From contig OZ038378.1 of NCBI GenBank assembly GCA_964036045.1, positions 198,710,001 to 198,774,000 on the forward strand: DNA of 64,000 nt. The letters are read 5' to 3'. The DNA is from Eutreptiella sp. 'Long Island Sound 2002' (lineage: Eukaryota; Protista; Euglenida). Below the pieces are notes generated by a model that made no database searches, was not told the DNA's origin, and saw only the letters and a program-made list of their open reading frames with translations. The translations under genes and the position numbers were made by a program. This document shows positions 49,086 through 60,654 of this stretch, piece after piece (position 1 is the stretch's first letter; the number at the start of each line of letters is the position of its first letter).

Positions 49086-51907
49086 GCCACCGCTTGTAGA
49101 ACAGTGTCAAACTTCGTAGTGGAGAGAGAAACTACATTGGAAATCTTACGGTTTCAATTTCTTGGCCGGCTCCTGGATTCAGAAACAACAGCAGTGCCCC
49201 CCCTTTCAACATTGCTGTGCCGCGGGGGGGGGGGGGGGGTTTAGTTCATAGGAGTTAGATGCAGTGGACTCGCTTTGCATATTCTGCACCTGCTTACCTA
49301 CTGCAGCGAAAGGCGCCTATGACATGTCACTGAAGAGCTTTTCTCTTTGACTTTTGCTTTGCACTTCTGCTTTGTGCCTGACGGTACCGGTCGTGCACAC
49401 GCATCCGTATCCCACAGCGGGGGGGGGGGGGGGGGGTCCGGCTTAGTCCCCGGGGGAGGGGGCACCTGTTTTCCCTACGAATGTGAGCTCAGTAGTTAGT
49501 CGGCAAACATGTCCGGTGGGTACTGCGTGGCGCTGGTCAGCGACGTGCCGCTGCATGGCCACTGTAATTACATATGTCGGTCACCTGCCCACCAGCATCT
49601 CCGCTCTCACTCTTTGTGACAGAACGGTGCCTCTGGTCTTGAAGGCCACTGATGACGAGCCAATCGTCTTCCTGCGTTTTGTGCTGTTCGCCTCCTGTGC
49701 ACACGTGCTATGGCCCAGAGCGCCTTCGGCGGCCGGGGGGGGGGGGGGGGGGGGGGCTGCGGTGCGACGCAAGTGCGCAAGTGCAGTCCGTACGGCGCCC
49801 TCCTGGGGCCCGCGGGTGGTCCGGGATGGACAGGGAGCGGGGAACAGGTCCGGAGGTTCCGTCCTTTTTTGAACCCATGCGGGGGATGGGGCTGCCCCAC
49901 TCATGAGGGGACGTGAGCATATGGGATGGAGATGATAGTGATCGATTGATTTTGGTGCGAGCGGGGCTGGGGGGGCTCTGGGGGGCCCGGGATGACGAAA
50001 TGACGATTACGAAACTCCTCCGTCCCTCTTATGGTGAAGTGTAAATTTTGGCGCTGAAGCCGCCGATTTTTTTTTTGAGGGGCCAAAAGTCGTCAAAAAT
50101 CTCGAAAAACATTTTGTTTCAAACAATGTCATGAGGCCCATCAAATTGATCAGCGGAATCCGCTGAACGCGAAGATGTATGTGGGGGGGAGCGGGGGCGA
50201 AACTCGGTTTTTTTCACGGGCCAAAAGTGGTCAAAATTATTTCGTTACCATCATTTAATCATCAGAGGGGGGGGGGGGGGCTATATCCATCCCTGATAAG
50301 GGACATGTACCAGGCATTTCAGTGCGGGAGACTGCGCTCCACATGATGGTACAGAGTGCGATTGCGGTCCATTGCCGCAAAGTGCGGGCGTTGGTGCATG
50401 GGGCCTGTTGGGGTGGCGCGGACCCGTGGTGGGCTTTTGCCCGCAAACGACCCCAGCGACAAGGCTCTGCTGTGGGGACCAATGAGACCACGACCACCAA
50501 CCACACGCGGCACGTAACATAAACGCCCCGTGTTCGACGCGGCGTCGTCGTTGCGAGGCGTCGTCTCAGCTCCAACGCAGCATGTGACGGACCATTTGCC
50601 GAGAAGAGAGGCCCGCAAGCGGGCCCCAGAAGTTTGGGCCCGCGAGCAGAGGGCCACGCGACGCGCCCTCCCCGGCACACCATAGCCCCCCCCCCCCCCT
50701 CCCGGAACGGCCGACCCCGGAGTAGTCAAACAGGACAAGTCATCCAAACAACCAAAGCACGTTCGGACCCACAGAGGGTCGGAATGTGCAAGGGCGAGAG
50801 GCCACTAGGCGGCGCCCAAGGCAAGCAAACCAGCACCATGGCCTCGTGCCAACCCCCCTCCCCCGTCTGTAGATCAATGCAGAGCCCCGGCAGTACCCCC
50901 TGACACAGTCCCTCGGGTGCATGGCACTGTGACGCCGGACAGGCCCTGTCAGCCGGGCGGCAAGGGCCTCCCCCCCCCCCCCCCCGTGTCCAGGGCCCCG
51001 GAAGGCGACCCCCACAGCACCGACCCCGGCCCTGGACCACTAAATAGGGGGCCCCGCGCAGACACACAAACGGAGCAACGCGCACCGGCCCCACGGCCCA
51101 GCGACCCCCCGACGCCCTCTGTGAAGGGAAGACCGGGGACTGTCCAGGGCCCCGGAAGGCAACCACCGAAATGCTCCCTCGCCCCCCCCCCCCCTCCCCT
51201 GCGCTGACCGCAAGGCGCACGACGACTTCTCTGGGGCCCTATTGGGCGTAAGGCACTGTGTGCTCGGCCAGGCCAGTGCCGTGGTGCGGATTCCAGGAGT
51301 ACTTCTTGTGGGGTCTGGTCATTGAGCCGTGTTTTGGGGGGGCGGGGGGGCATCCCCACCCCCCCGGGCATGCTTGCTCAGCCTTTACGGCACATCCTCC
51401 CCCCCTCCCTCCTCCCCTGCTCCATTTAAACCTCGCCTCAGGCCCAACACAGGCATTCACCCCCCGTTCTGTCTGCAGTCCGCATGAATTTAGGGACAGG
51501 GGGGGGCTAATGCAGGGCTTTCCTTCGATCTTGTTTTTTGTTAAGGGCAGCCATTCAGGACAGCCCCCAGGGACCACCAACCGGCAACCGCCAACCGCCA
51601 ACCGCCGACCGCCGCCAATTGCCAACTGCCACCAACCGCCAACCGCCAACCGCTGCCAGCCACCACCAACCACCAACTGCCAAGCGTTGAAGTAGAGAAG
51701 GTCCCATCACCATGAAGCAGAGAATTTCGTTTCTGTTGGCGTTACAGGCCTTTTCTTTTTTTTTTTTTCCTTCCCCCTTAAGGACAGGACTGGGCTAATG
51801 ACAGGCCCAGTGCTCAGAAGTGGCCCACCTCCCCCCCTCTCCCAACGCAGTCCGCCCCCCCAAAAGTGCCTCCAACGCCATCCCTCAGCCCGCGGGCCCC
51901 ATTGCAG

Positions 51908-51996
51908 GCGCTTTGGAGGAGGAGATTTGGCGCATCGCCATCCAGACCTTCGCGACGCTGATCGAATTGTGCCAGGGCCCGTGCCCTGAGAACCAG
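51908..51996 (+). CDS. ITPR: IP3R exon P: ALEEEIWRIAIQTFATLIELCQGPCPENQ
   Basis: tgcag|GC acceptor, phase 1; CAG|GTGGCC donor, phase 0. Confidence 0.92.
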
Positions 51997-52001
51997 GTGG
52001 C

Positions 52002-52483
52002 CAGGGGTGCATGAGAAGGGAAGGGACCTCAGTGGTGACCCTAGAGGCCGTTAGACAGGCGGTTGGAGGAGGTTGCCAAAGCGGTTGGGTGCGGTTATCG
52101 TCGGTTGCAAATGCCACTGAAGCTCGCACTTGCCGTCCGGGGGACAGTGGCTGGGCATAGGCTGGGGGCCCTGGAGGGGGGGGAGGGCCCATCACCATTC
52201 CCAATCTTATGAACTCAGAAAATAGGTCGAATTTACAGGTCCGGTGGGTAAAGCATAGCGTCGGCCGCTGGCGTACCGCTGCACACCCACTGCTTCGCAT
52301 CTCTGTGGCCCACCCACAGGCATCTTCGTGTCTCTTGTCTTGCGACAGAAAGGTACGTATGGTCTTATAGGCCACTGACGAGCCCATTTTCTTTCTGCGC
52401 TTTGTGCTGTTTGCTGCCAGTGCACACGTGACATAGCCCAGAGTTCCTTCGGGGGTACCTTCCCCCTTCCAATGCATCTCCTG
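52002..52483 (+). mobile_element. MITE family A forming essentially all of intron P-Q (nested ~260-bp insert at about 52186-52450)
   Basis: CAGGGGTGCAT ... ATGCATCTCCTG; TSD CAGGTGGC at 51994-52001 and 52484-52491; insert is homologous to 49560-49720. Confidence 0.88.
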
Positions 52484-52486
52484 CAG

Positions 52487-52815
52487 GTGGCTCTCGTCTC
52501 GTGCAACGTGGCGCGCGACGTCAACGACGTCCTCCGCCACGACTTCCCGAGCGGCGACCCGCTGCTGGTGTTCGAGCTCCGGGCGGCCGGGACCCTGACG
52601 CTCCTGAGCCTTCTCGAGGGCTGCAACGACGCATCCCGCCCGAAGCAGATGGTCACGGCCATCGACTTCCCGTCCGTCCAGCGGATCCTGAACTCCGTGT
52701 GGGACTTGGTCCGGGCGTCGGTTGACTCCGGGTACAAGCTGCCCAACGAAGAGCAGGCGCTGCTGGACCTCGCGTTCAACTTGTTCATCCTCCTGCACCA
52801 CCTCTCGACCTTCAG
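52487..52815 (+). CDS. ITPR: IP3R exon Q: VALVSCNV...LLSLLEGCN...AFNLFILLHHLSTF
   Basis: ctgcag|GTG acceptor; AG|GTGCCT donor, phase 2. Confidence 0.92.
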
Positions 52816-52825
52816 GTGCCTGCCC

Positions 52826-53034
52826 CAGGCCTTTGCTTAGTGGGGGCGGGGGCTGGGGGTGACCCCATGCCCTGGTGAGGGGATCTCAGTCGGAACCACC
52901 CCCACATGCCGGTCAGCTCAGTAGGAAGGAGCCCCGCCCCATGGGCAACTGAGTAGGACCCAGCGCCATCCACAAGGCTCCTCACTAGGAACCCGCCCTG
53001 ACCCCCCCCCCCCCCCCCACTAAGCAAAGGCCTG
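52826..53034. mobile_element. MITE family H, 209 bp
   Basis: Perfect 21-bp TIR CAGGCCTTTGCTTAGTGGGGG; TSD GCCTGCCC at 52818-52825 and 53035-53042. Confidence 0.92.
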
Positions 53035-53129
53035 GCCTGCCCGCCCCGGCGCCTGCCAACCTCCAGCCCCAGACCGAGGGCTTCACTTGACGCCTCAGCA
53101 CCAGCGGGGGTATGAGGTTTTGTGGAGTG

Positions 53130-53630
53130 GAGTTGAATGCATCGTGGGATGCCGCGGAGTGAGTGCACTGGAATGCAGTATGATGTGTTGCGGAGCGCTG
53201 AAATGCAGAGGTGTTGCGTGGTGGATTGGAATGTAAGATGGGGTGATGCAGAGTGGAGTAGAATGCAATGTGGGGCGTTGAGTCGACCGGAATGCAGTAT
53301 GAGGTGTTGCAGAGTGGTTTGGACTGCGATATGGCGCGGAGTGATTGGGAGGCAATATGAGGTGTTTCGGAATGAAATGGAACGTAAGATGAGGGGTACT
53401 GCGGGTTGAATTGGAATGCAATATGAGGTGTTGTGGAGTGAAACGGAAGGCATTGTGGGGTGCCGCCCAGTGACTGGAATGCTGTAGGCGGTGTTGTTGA
53501 ATGAAATGGAATGCAATATGGGGTGTTGCGGAGTGGATACGAATGCATTATGAGACGTTGCAGAGTGAGCCGATTTGCGGCATGAGGTGTTGTGTGGTGG
53601 ATTAGAATGCAATATGGGGTGTTGCGGGAG
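53130..53630. repeat. Degenerate ~33-35 bp minisatellite (gaatgcaatatgaggtgttg...)
   Basis: Recurring gaatgca.tatg.ggtgttg motif. Confidence 0.75.
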
Positions 53631-54276
53631 GGACAACCCTCCCACTCTCACCCAGAAAAAAAAACCTTTCACCGGCTGCTGGGTTTTCGCTGAGCGGGCT
53701 ACACACCTCTCACATTGTTTTTGATCCCGCCCCTGTCACCACCACCCCAATGGGTGGACTGCAAACCTCCCCATCCACAAGTGGAGGATTCCCTCTCACA
53801 AGGCACACACATACGTACACCTGCAGGCACCCACCGGCATACTGACTCAGCTTTGATGGCAACCCCCCCCCCCTCCCAAATACAAAGGACGAATGACGAG
53901 TGGGATGAAATGAAATGTGCTGAAGAAGAAATGAAGTGAAGAGAAGTGTCTCTTTTCGGGTGTTTGGCGGCACATGGGGGCGTCCTTGCGCAGCGCGCGC
54001 ACAGCGCATATGACGGCGAGAAATTGCGGGATTTTGCTACAATTGGCAATATTCTTGCCTATGCAGACCATACCACACTGCAACTCCGGCGCACGGGCCT
54101 TTGAACTCCATGGGCAGACAACTGAGCCATTTGTTGTTCACCTTCTTGTAGTGCAAAAGCATCGTAGTGAACGGAAAACCCGGCCGTGCCAATCCCAGCG
54201 GCACAAGCGTTGTGCACGGCGTGCGCACAGCGCGCAAGACGCCCCCCATATGTCTGGGCCTCGGACCCCCCACCTC

Positions 54277-54482
54277 CAGGGGTTCTTTAGAATAATTAAA
54301 AACCAAGGAGGGGGGGACCCCTCCCCCAAACCCCCCTCCCCCCCTCCCCAGACCAAAGTGACCATAGTGGGAAAAAACGAAATTTACAAGAGGGAAAATC
54401 TGGTCAGGCCATTTTTGGTACACCAAGTTTTGGGTCCAAAACCCCCTCCCCCCCTCCCCCCCCCTGCTCAAAAGAAGCCCTG
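54277..54482. mobile_element. MITE family G, 206 bp
   Basis: CAGGGGTTCTTT ... AAGAAGCCCTG; TSD CCCACCTC at 54269-54276 and 54483-54490. Confidence 0.9.
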
Positions 54483-54514
54483 CCCACCTCCCCCGCCCCC
54501 TTCCTGACCTTCAG

Positions 54515-54887
54515 CGACGACACAGCGCTGCACACGGCCCTGCACGAGTGCACGGGGCACGACTATTTCCGCTCCCTCTTGGGGTCCGTCGAGATCGCGC
54601 GGGGGGACCGGCTGGAGACGGTGTTCTTCCACATCCCGAACATGGGCATGTACCTGACCGACGACTTGAAGCAGCAGTTTCTGTCTGAGATCGACCGCAG
54701 TTCGCCATCAGCGAAGCTGAGCTCGTTCCTCGCGCAGTCTGCGGAGCTCGTGTCCGTCATCGCGTACCATCACCAAATGACGCAATTCTTGGAGGAGCAC
54801 TTTCTGGACGTCCCGCAGCTGCTCGAGGCATGGCCCCGTGCCGCCCAATACCGCCTGTACTTCATCCACCAGCGGAAGTGGCTGCAG
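54515..54887 (+). CDS. ITPR: IP3R exon R: DDTAL...GSVEIARGDRLETVFFHIP...RKWLQ
   Basis: ttcag|C acceptor, phase 2; CAG|GTACAT donor. Confidence 0.92.
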
Positions 54888-55397
54888 GTACATGCGGTGC
54901 TCCTGCCCATTGCTGTCTCCCACTGCCCATCTCCGACTTGACATTCGCGTCCGGCGGACATTTTGGCCGCATCCGACGTCTCGCCAAGAGTTGAGTTGCG
55001 ACCGGCGCATCCGGCCGAGAGGTGCAGGCATGCGGTGGTCCTCGGCCTCATTGCCCATGCACCCGGACGCCGTGGTGCAGGCATTGGCGGGTGCCCAGGG
55101 GAACGTTGATGAAAATGTGAAGTGGCCCAATCTTTGATGAAAATGTGAAGTGGCCCAATCTTTGATTGTTTCGCTCTCACTTGAGTTAGGCAAAGCCGCA
55201 ACCGACCTCAAACCTCAAACTCCACGTGGGCACTGGGCAAGTCTTGGAATATGTCTATTGATCATCAGCAGCACAAGCTCGAAAAAAAATAGACACTCAG
55301 AAAGTGATGCGTCCGTCCTGCTTCTAGACCCAGTTGCCCGTGTGGGTGCGCTGTGATCCCGTGGCCCCGCCCCCTCGCCCCCCCGCACCGCGTTCAG

Positions 55398-55580
55398 GAG
55401 ACGGTGGAGAACGCCATCCTGGGCACGGCGGTGGTCATCAACGTCTTTGTGACCGTGTTCCAGGACAAGAAGGACCAGGGCGGCGAGTTCGAGCGCTGGG
55501 AGCGCGCCCTCATCACCGCCTCCAGCGCCGCGGTCTTTGGCTTCACGGTGGTCAATTTTGCGCTCTGCGCGTACCTGCAG
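55398..55580 (+). CDS. ITPR: IP3R exon S (TM1-TM2)
   Basis: ttcag|GAG acceptor; CAG|GTGTGC donor; two hydrophobic helices. Confidence 0.85.
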
Positions 55581-55839
55581 GTGTGCCCCGCCCCCCTCCC
55601 CTGCCCCCCTGTGAAGTCGCCAGCCCCTTTTGGAGGGGCCGCAAGGCTTTGTGCATTTGTTGACGATGAGGAGCGGGGGGGGGGTGGGCTTCAGAGGCCA
55701 GCCACAAGGTTGGGCACCCACATGCAGCCCCATGCCCTTTCGGAAAGTTCGGTCTTCCACACCACGGAAGAGCCTTTTTGTGTGGGTGGGTGCGGTGGCT
55801 GGGGTCGGGCAGGAGTCGGCCAACTCTAGGGTGGCCTAC

Positions 55840-56236
55840 CGGGGAGGGGGAAATTAGGAACAGGCGAAATTTGGAACGGCAAAATTGACCAGAACAAAAG
55901 TGTGCCAATTTATGCCACGGCATTCGAAGGTCCGAAGCCATTTATGTAGCTGACATTTTCAGCGCTCTTGGCATGCACATTCCCATTGTGCCCAACAGCC
56001 AATAGGAAATCAGAGCAACCATCGCAGCAACCAGTTAGAAGCTGTAAGAAATAACAACCAACGCAAGGCCGATAGGAAATAACAACCACCATTCGCGGTC
56101 TACGCTTGTTCTTGTGCCGCAGGCTGGGAGCTTTGTGCCAAATTTTGCAGTGGTATTCTCCAACTGGTGCCAAATTTTCTCCCTACCAGATTTTGCCATT
56201 CCAAATTTCGCACGTTTCTGATCCCCCCCTCCCCCG
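55840..56236. mobile_element. MITE with long imperfect TIRs
   Basis: ggggaggggg..gcgaaatttggaacggcaaaat is inverted relative to attttgccattccaaatttcgc..cccctcccc. Confidence 0.6.
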
Positions 56237-58074
56237 TCTGCACGGGATGCGGCATATGCACAGCCAAGTCCCATGTTGACGCTGTTGTCCCCTGGTGGAC
56301 TATGAGTCAATGCCTGATCAGATGTCTCAGGCAGAAAGAAGTGGAACTGCGTCACATTTGTCGACAAGACCTGTGCACAAATGTGAGTTGGGTAGCCAAA
56401 ATGTTGGCAATGTGCAGATGAGTTTGGTGTCTGCCAGATGAGTTTGTTTTGTGCCAGCCCCACACACTGCGCGCCTGGGCAGATGAGGCGGGTTGCGCGC
56501 CGAGGTGTGAAAGCTGAGTAGTGGGGTGGGGGCAGTGGGCCAGAAACATGGGTACGGCGGTCACCCATCCATGTCCAGCAACATTTTTGGCGTTCAGTAA
56601 TATTGGGCAAAGATTTGGGCTTGCGTGTAGCAGTGTCGCATGGGGGTGGGCTCGCATCTAGTTGCATCCAGTAGACAATCAATGCAGTGTATAGACAACA
56701 GTTTCCCTCCCCTTGTGCTCTCTGTTTGTGCACCTCGACCCCATTTCGGTCCCCTCACAGTAGTGAGCCCGTCTGCCACAATGGTGAGCCCGTGTGCTGT
56801 AGCTGTAGGATAGGGCTCCAAGCCAGGGTGCGATGGCTGTCATGATGGTGGACCATGGCCACAAGCAGCAATCCACGGTCAGGGGCACAGGCACAGCGGG
56901 TAGTCTTGCGCGCTGTGCACAAAGTTTGTACAGATGGTCCTAAGCTACTGACAGCTGACGGCTGCTGACAGGGGGCCGTACTGCACGCCGCGGGCTGTGC
57001 GCGCGCTATGCACAAAAATTGTACAAGACCATACCCAAGCTATATAGTAGTGCCTAGTACCAATAACAATGAGCCTTGTTCTCCATTTATATGAGTTGCT
57101 TGCATGTTTTGCCCTCATTTCCAGACATTGAAGCATCGAAAGGGAGAAACCAGCATTGAACTGCTGGTCTCCGCTTGCCTGTTGCGTTCACAGGTAGTCA
57201 TCTCCACAAAGCTCACAAGTCTCTCATTTTGCAATCCTGTATCGAATACTCCGTTCTTCCACATCACAAGGACCAAGGCATCCATTGCGGCAGGTTCCAT
57301 GCGGATCGGGCCACGACGCCCCAGGGGGTGGAGTGAAACATGAGGCTTTCCAACATTGTGGGGGTGTACTATGGTCTGTAAAGGCAAGAATATTGCCAAT
57401 TGTAGCAAAACCCCCAATTTCTCCCTGTCATATGTGCGTTGTGCAAGGACACCCCCACAGCACAGAAGTGCACCCAATACCGCGGCCACGGGGGTGCTGC
57501 GGCGTGAGGGTTGGGGCATTTGGGAAGCATTGCGAGCATGACACCTGAAGATACGGCTGCTTGTGGCATGAAACCAGGACATGTTGCTCCATTGAAGAAA
57601 GCTTTGATGAACCTGCGCCCTTGACCACCTGCACTCCATGTCATGGGCCTGGGCCACCCAAGAGGTCCTCAGTACCCTCAATCAGAGGTGCCCCAGTCAA
57701 TGGCACCCTGACCTCCATCTTGCCTGAGGGGTGATGCGAAGTCAGTGTACTGCTGTTCTAAGGGGCTTGACGTTTGACATGGCTCGCGGCCAGCAGCGCC
57801 AGATGGAATCGGGGGGTGGGGCGCTGGGATCACGTCCGGTGGTGCACGGCGAAAATGGCAGCCCAATTTGGCGGCGTCTGGCCTGCCTGCTCTCTGCACA
57901 TGTGCCCCCTCCCTGAGCATGGACTCCATCATTGTTGTCAGTTCAGCTGTGGCACCCCCGGTGGCTGCCGGCTCTGCAGCCCTGCTTCCCCACATCAGTC
58001 GGTTGGTGTTTGGGGACCTGGAAGCGGTGTTCAGAGGGTTGGCACCCCGTCCCCCACACCCACCCGCTCCTCAG

Positions 58075-58362
58075 ATCCAATGCGGCCGCTGCACCAGCCG
58101 CCTGCCACCGGCGCTGCGCAAGGTCGGCGGGCGGGAGGACACCTCCACGTTCGCACTGTGCATGCTCGTGCTGGCGCTCGCGGGGGTCGTGGTGTCGCCG
58201 CTGTGGTTCGCCGGGCACCTGCTGCTAATCGTCAAGAAGAGCGACCTCCTCCACAGTGTCATCCACTCCGTCCTCATTCACGGCCGCAGCCTTGCGCTCA
58301 CGGCGCTGCTGACGGTCATTGTCGTGTATCTGTTCGTCGTCGTTGGCTACGCGTTCTTCCAG
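58075..58362 (+). CDS. ITPR: IP3R exon T (TM3/4-TM5)
   Basis: ctcag|ATC acceptor; CAG|GTGCTT donor; VIHSVLIHGRSLALTALLTVIVVYLFVVVGYAFF resembles IP3R VIKSVTRNGRSIILTAVL. Confidence 0.9.
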
Positions 58363-58730
58363 GTGCTTCCTTGACCTCGGGCGTGGGCATATGGGTCCAT
58401 GGGCGCTATGGATGCCCCGTCTATTGCCGGCGGCGTGCGGTGTGTGTGTGTGTGTGTGTTCTTTGAGCCCCTGTCCCCCCAGAATCCCCCCCCTCCACAA
58501 GCGGGGCTCCCGTGGCGGGGTCCAAAGCGGGGCCCTGGAGGCGGGGTCGGGGGGAGCGGGGTCAGGGGAGGGGTCGGGCACCCCCCAAACATATTACTCA
58601 ACACGATCCCCCGTGATGCGCCCATCATTTTGAGGGGCGTGTCATCAGGAAAACGTTGTCTCAGAAACTCTCCGTCCGGAGCCGCCACTTCTGTGCCATC
58701 CCCAGGCCTCAGGCCACGCTCTTGCAAGTG

Positions 58731-60654
58731 CAGGGCTATGCGTTCGCCAAAACTTTGGCGAGCTTGGCGAGTGGACTTGCTTTGGCTTTGGCGAGTAAAT
58801 TTCCCATAATTCCTAAAGGGGTACTGTGGGAGTGGTTCTCGGCGAATGGCGCGTAGGGACCGTTGGGTGGAATTATGGGGAATTATGGGGAATTATGGGG
58901 AATTATGGGGAATTATGGGGAATTATGGGGAATTATGGTTCAACCATGGGCAATAATTGGGAATTATGGGACAGTTTTGGTTCATCCATGGGGAATTATG
59001 GGGAAATTTGGAGAATTATGGAGAATTATGGGGAATTATGGGGAATTATGGGGTTCCGGGGGGAATTATGGGGAATTTTGCTGCTGTTGCTGGTGTCTAT
59101 CTTATTCCTTTTGTGCTCCTTCCCCACAGACATGTCAGATTCAAATTTTCATGCTTTCAACAATGTCTTGTACGTTCGTTTATCGTACCTTTACAAACCC
59201 CCCAGGGAGTACCTGTCGCAGGGTCATCTGGCTAGGGTCATGAAGAAGCTGGGCATCAAGTGTGTCACCAATACCGAAATTGGCCTCGCTGGTGCTGGAG
59301 GCCGTCGTGGTGGAGCCTGGGTGTCTTGCACAGCTGCACTACAAGTGGTTCCACCTGGTCACCGTGACACATGTGCATCTGATTTTGCTGCTGCTGCTGC
59401 TGCTGCTGCTGGTGTTCAAGGTGTCGATACAGCTGCTACTTTTGCTGCACCATTGCCTGCTCCTACTCAGGAGGCTGTGCAACCGCAAGGTGGCAGCGCT
59501 GAGGGTGCTGCTGTTGCTGCGTCATCCGCTGTTGCTGTCCCAGATGCTGGATTATCCACCGATGCAGTCCCAGATGCTGGATTATCCACTGTCCCAGATG
59601 CTGGATCATCCACTGCTGCTGTCCCAGATGCTGGCACAGATTGAACATTCACAGGCAAGGACAGTGGGCACGCTACGGGATCGGAGGGTGCACAAACCAC
59701 ACATTCACAGAGCATGGGGGTTGTTGAGTGCATTGCGGGCCCGGCTCAATAGTTATACCACAGATTTTGGACCGGCCACGGAGTCTTTGCTGAAAAAAGA
59801 AACTGATGGGCGGAGGTGGTACACAGCTGGTGATCGCGAGAGCTTAAAAGCCGTGTTGAACGCCGCGGTACAAAAATCGGATAAGTACCTCGGATTACTA
59901 GCGTATGCCAAATCCGCCAGGGCTTTTGACCCCCGCCAGCGTGAACAATTGCCCAAAGAAATTGAAAATTATGTGACCGTGGATAAGGTCCAAAGGGTGG
60001 TACCAGGAAATATGGCTGCCACCCTGGCCACTGAGTGGGAGTTGTATTGGACTCTGCCCGCTGTTCCCGCTCAGCTTGACCTAATGGCATGGTGGAGAGG
60101 CATGAAAAGCCAACTCCCCCAAATGGCAACGCTTGCCATTCGCACGTTATCCATCCCGCACACTGCCGCCGACGTTGAGCGGTGCAATAGCTTTTACAAA
60201 CTGACCCGCACGGACAAGCAACACTCCTTGGGAGATGCGCATCATTTGGGACGCTTAAGTTTCGTTATGAACGGTATTGTTCCGCCGCCTATGGGCGTTT
60301 GACATGAGGCCATGTGAATCTCTTCTTCCGGACTTGTGTTGCACACGCATCATGAAACTTCCCCATACAACCCCACACAACCCCATACAACCCCATGATT
60401 CCCCATGATTCCCCATAGAGCCCCATAATTCCCCAAAATTTCCCCATAATTCCCCATAATTCCCCAAAATTTCCCTAGAATTCCCCATAATTCCCCATAG
60501 AACCCCATAATTCCCCATAATTCCCCATAATTCCCCATAATTCCCCATAATTCCCCATAATTCCCCATAATTCCCCATAATTCCCCATAATTCCCCATAA
60601 TTCCTATCCTTTGGCGAGCAGACGTCGTCTGGCGCTGGCGAGCGCATAGGCCTG
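58731..60654 (+). mobile_element. Internally deleted hAT element with transposase C-terminus
   Basis: TIRs CAGGGCTATGCGTTCGCCA / TGGCGAGCGCATAGGCCTG; (ggggaattat)n and (ataattcccc)n subterminal arrays; WWRGMKSQLPQMATLAIRTLSIPHTAADVERCNS hAT dimerisation-domain motif ending at 60302. Confidence 0.88.

Larger units (their letters stand above)
6985..58362 (+). other. ITPR: Multi-exon IP3 receptor/RyR-family Ca2+ release channel gene (internal part; 20 exons; 5' and 3' ends not in window)
   Basis: Exon peptides follow the IP3R domain order (LCVCEGQGILKNQSLICK; FCENNPKNQ; FFGGNAAVQ; LRFVQLLCEGHH; LIELCQGPCPENQ; SVEIAR..LETVFF; VIHSVLIHGRSLALTALL..VYLF..VGY). All 19 proposed junctions are GT-AG with matching phases. 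Homology judged by eye, no database search. Confidence 0.92.
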
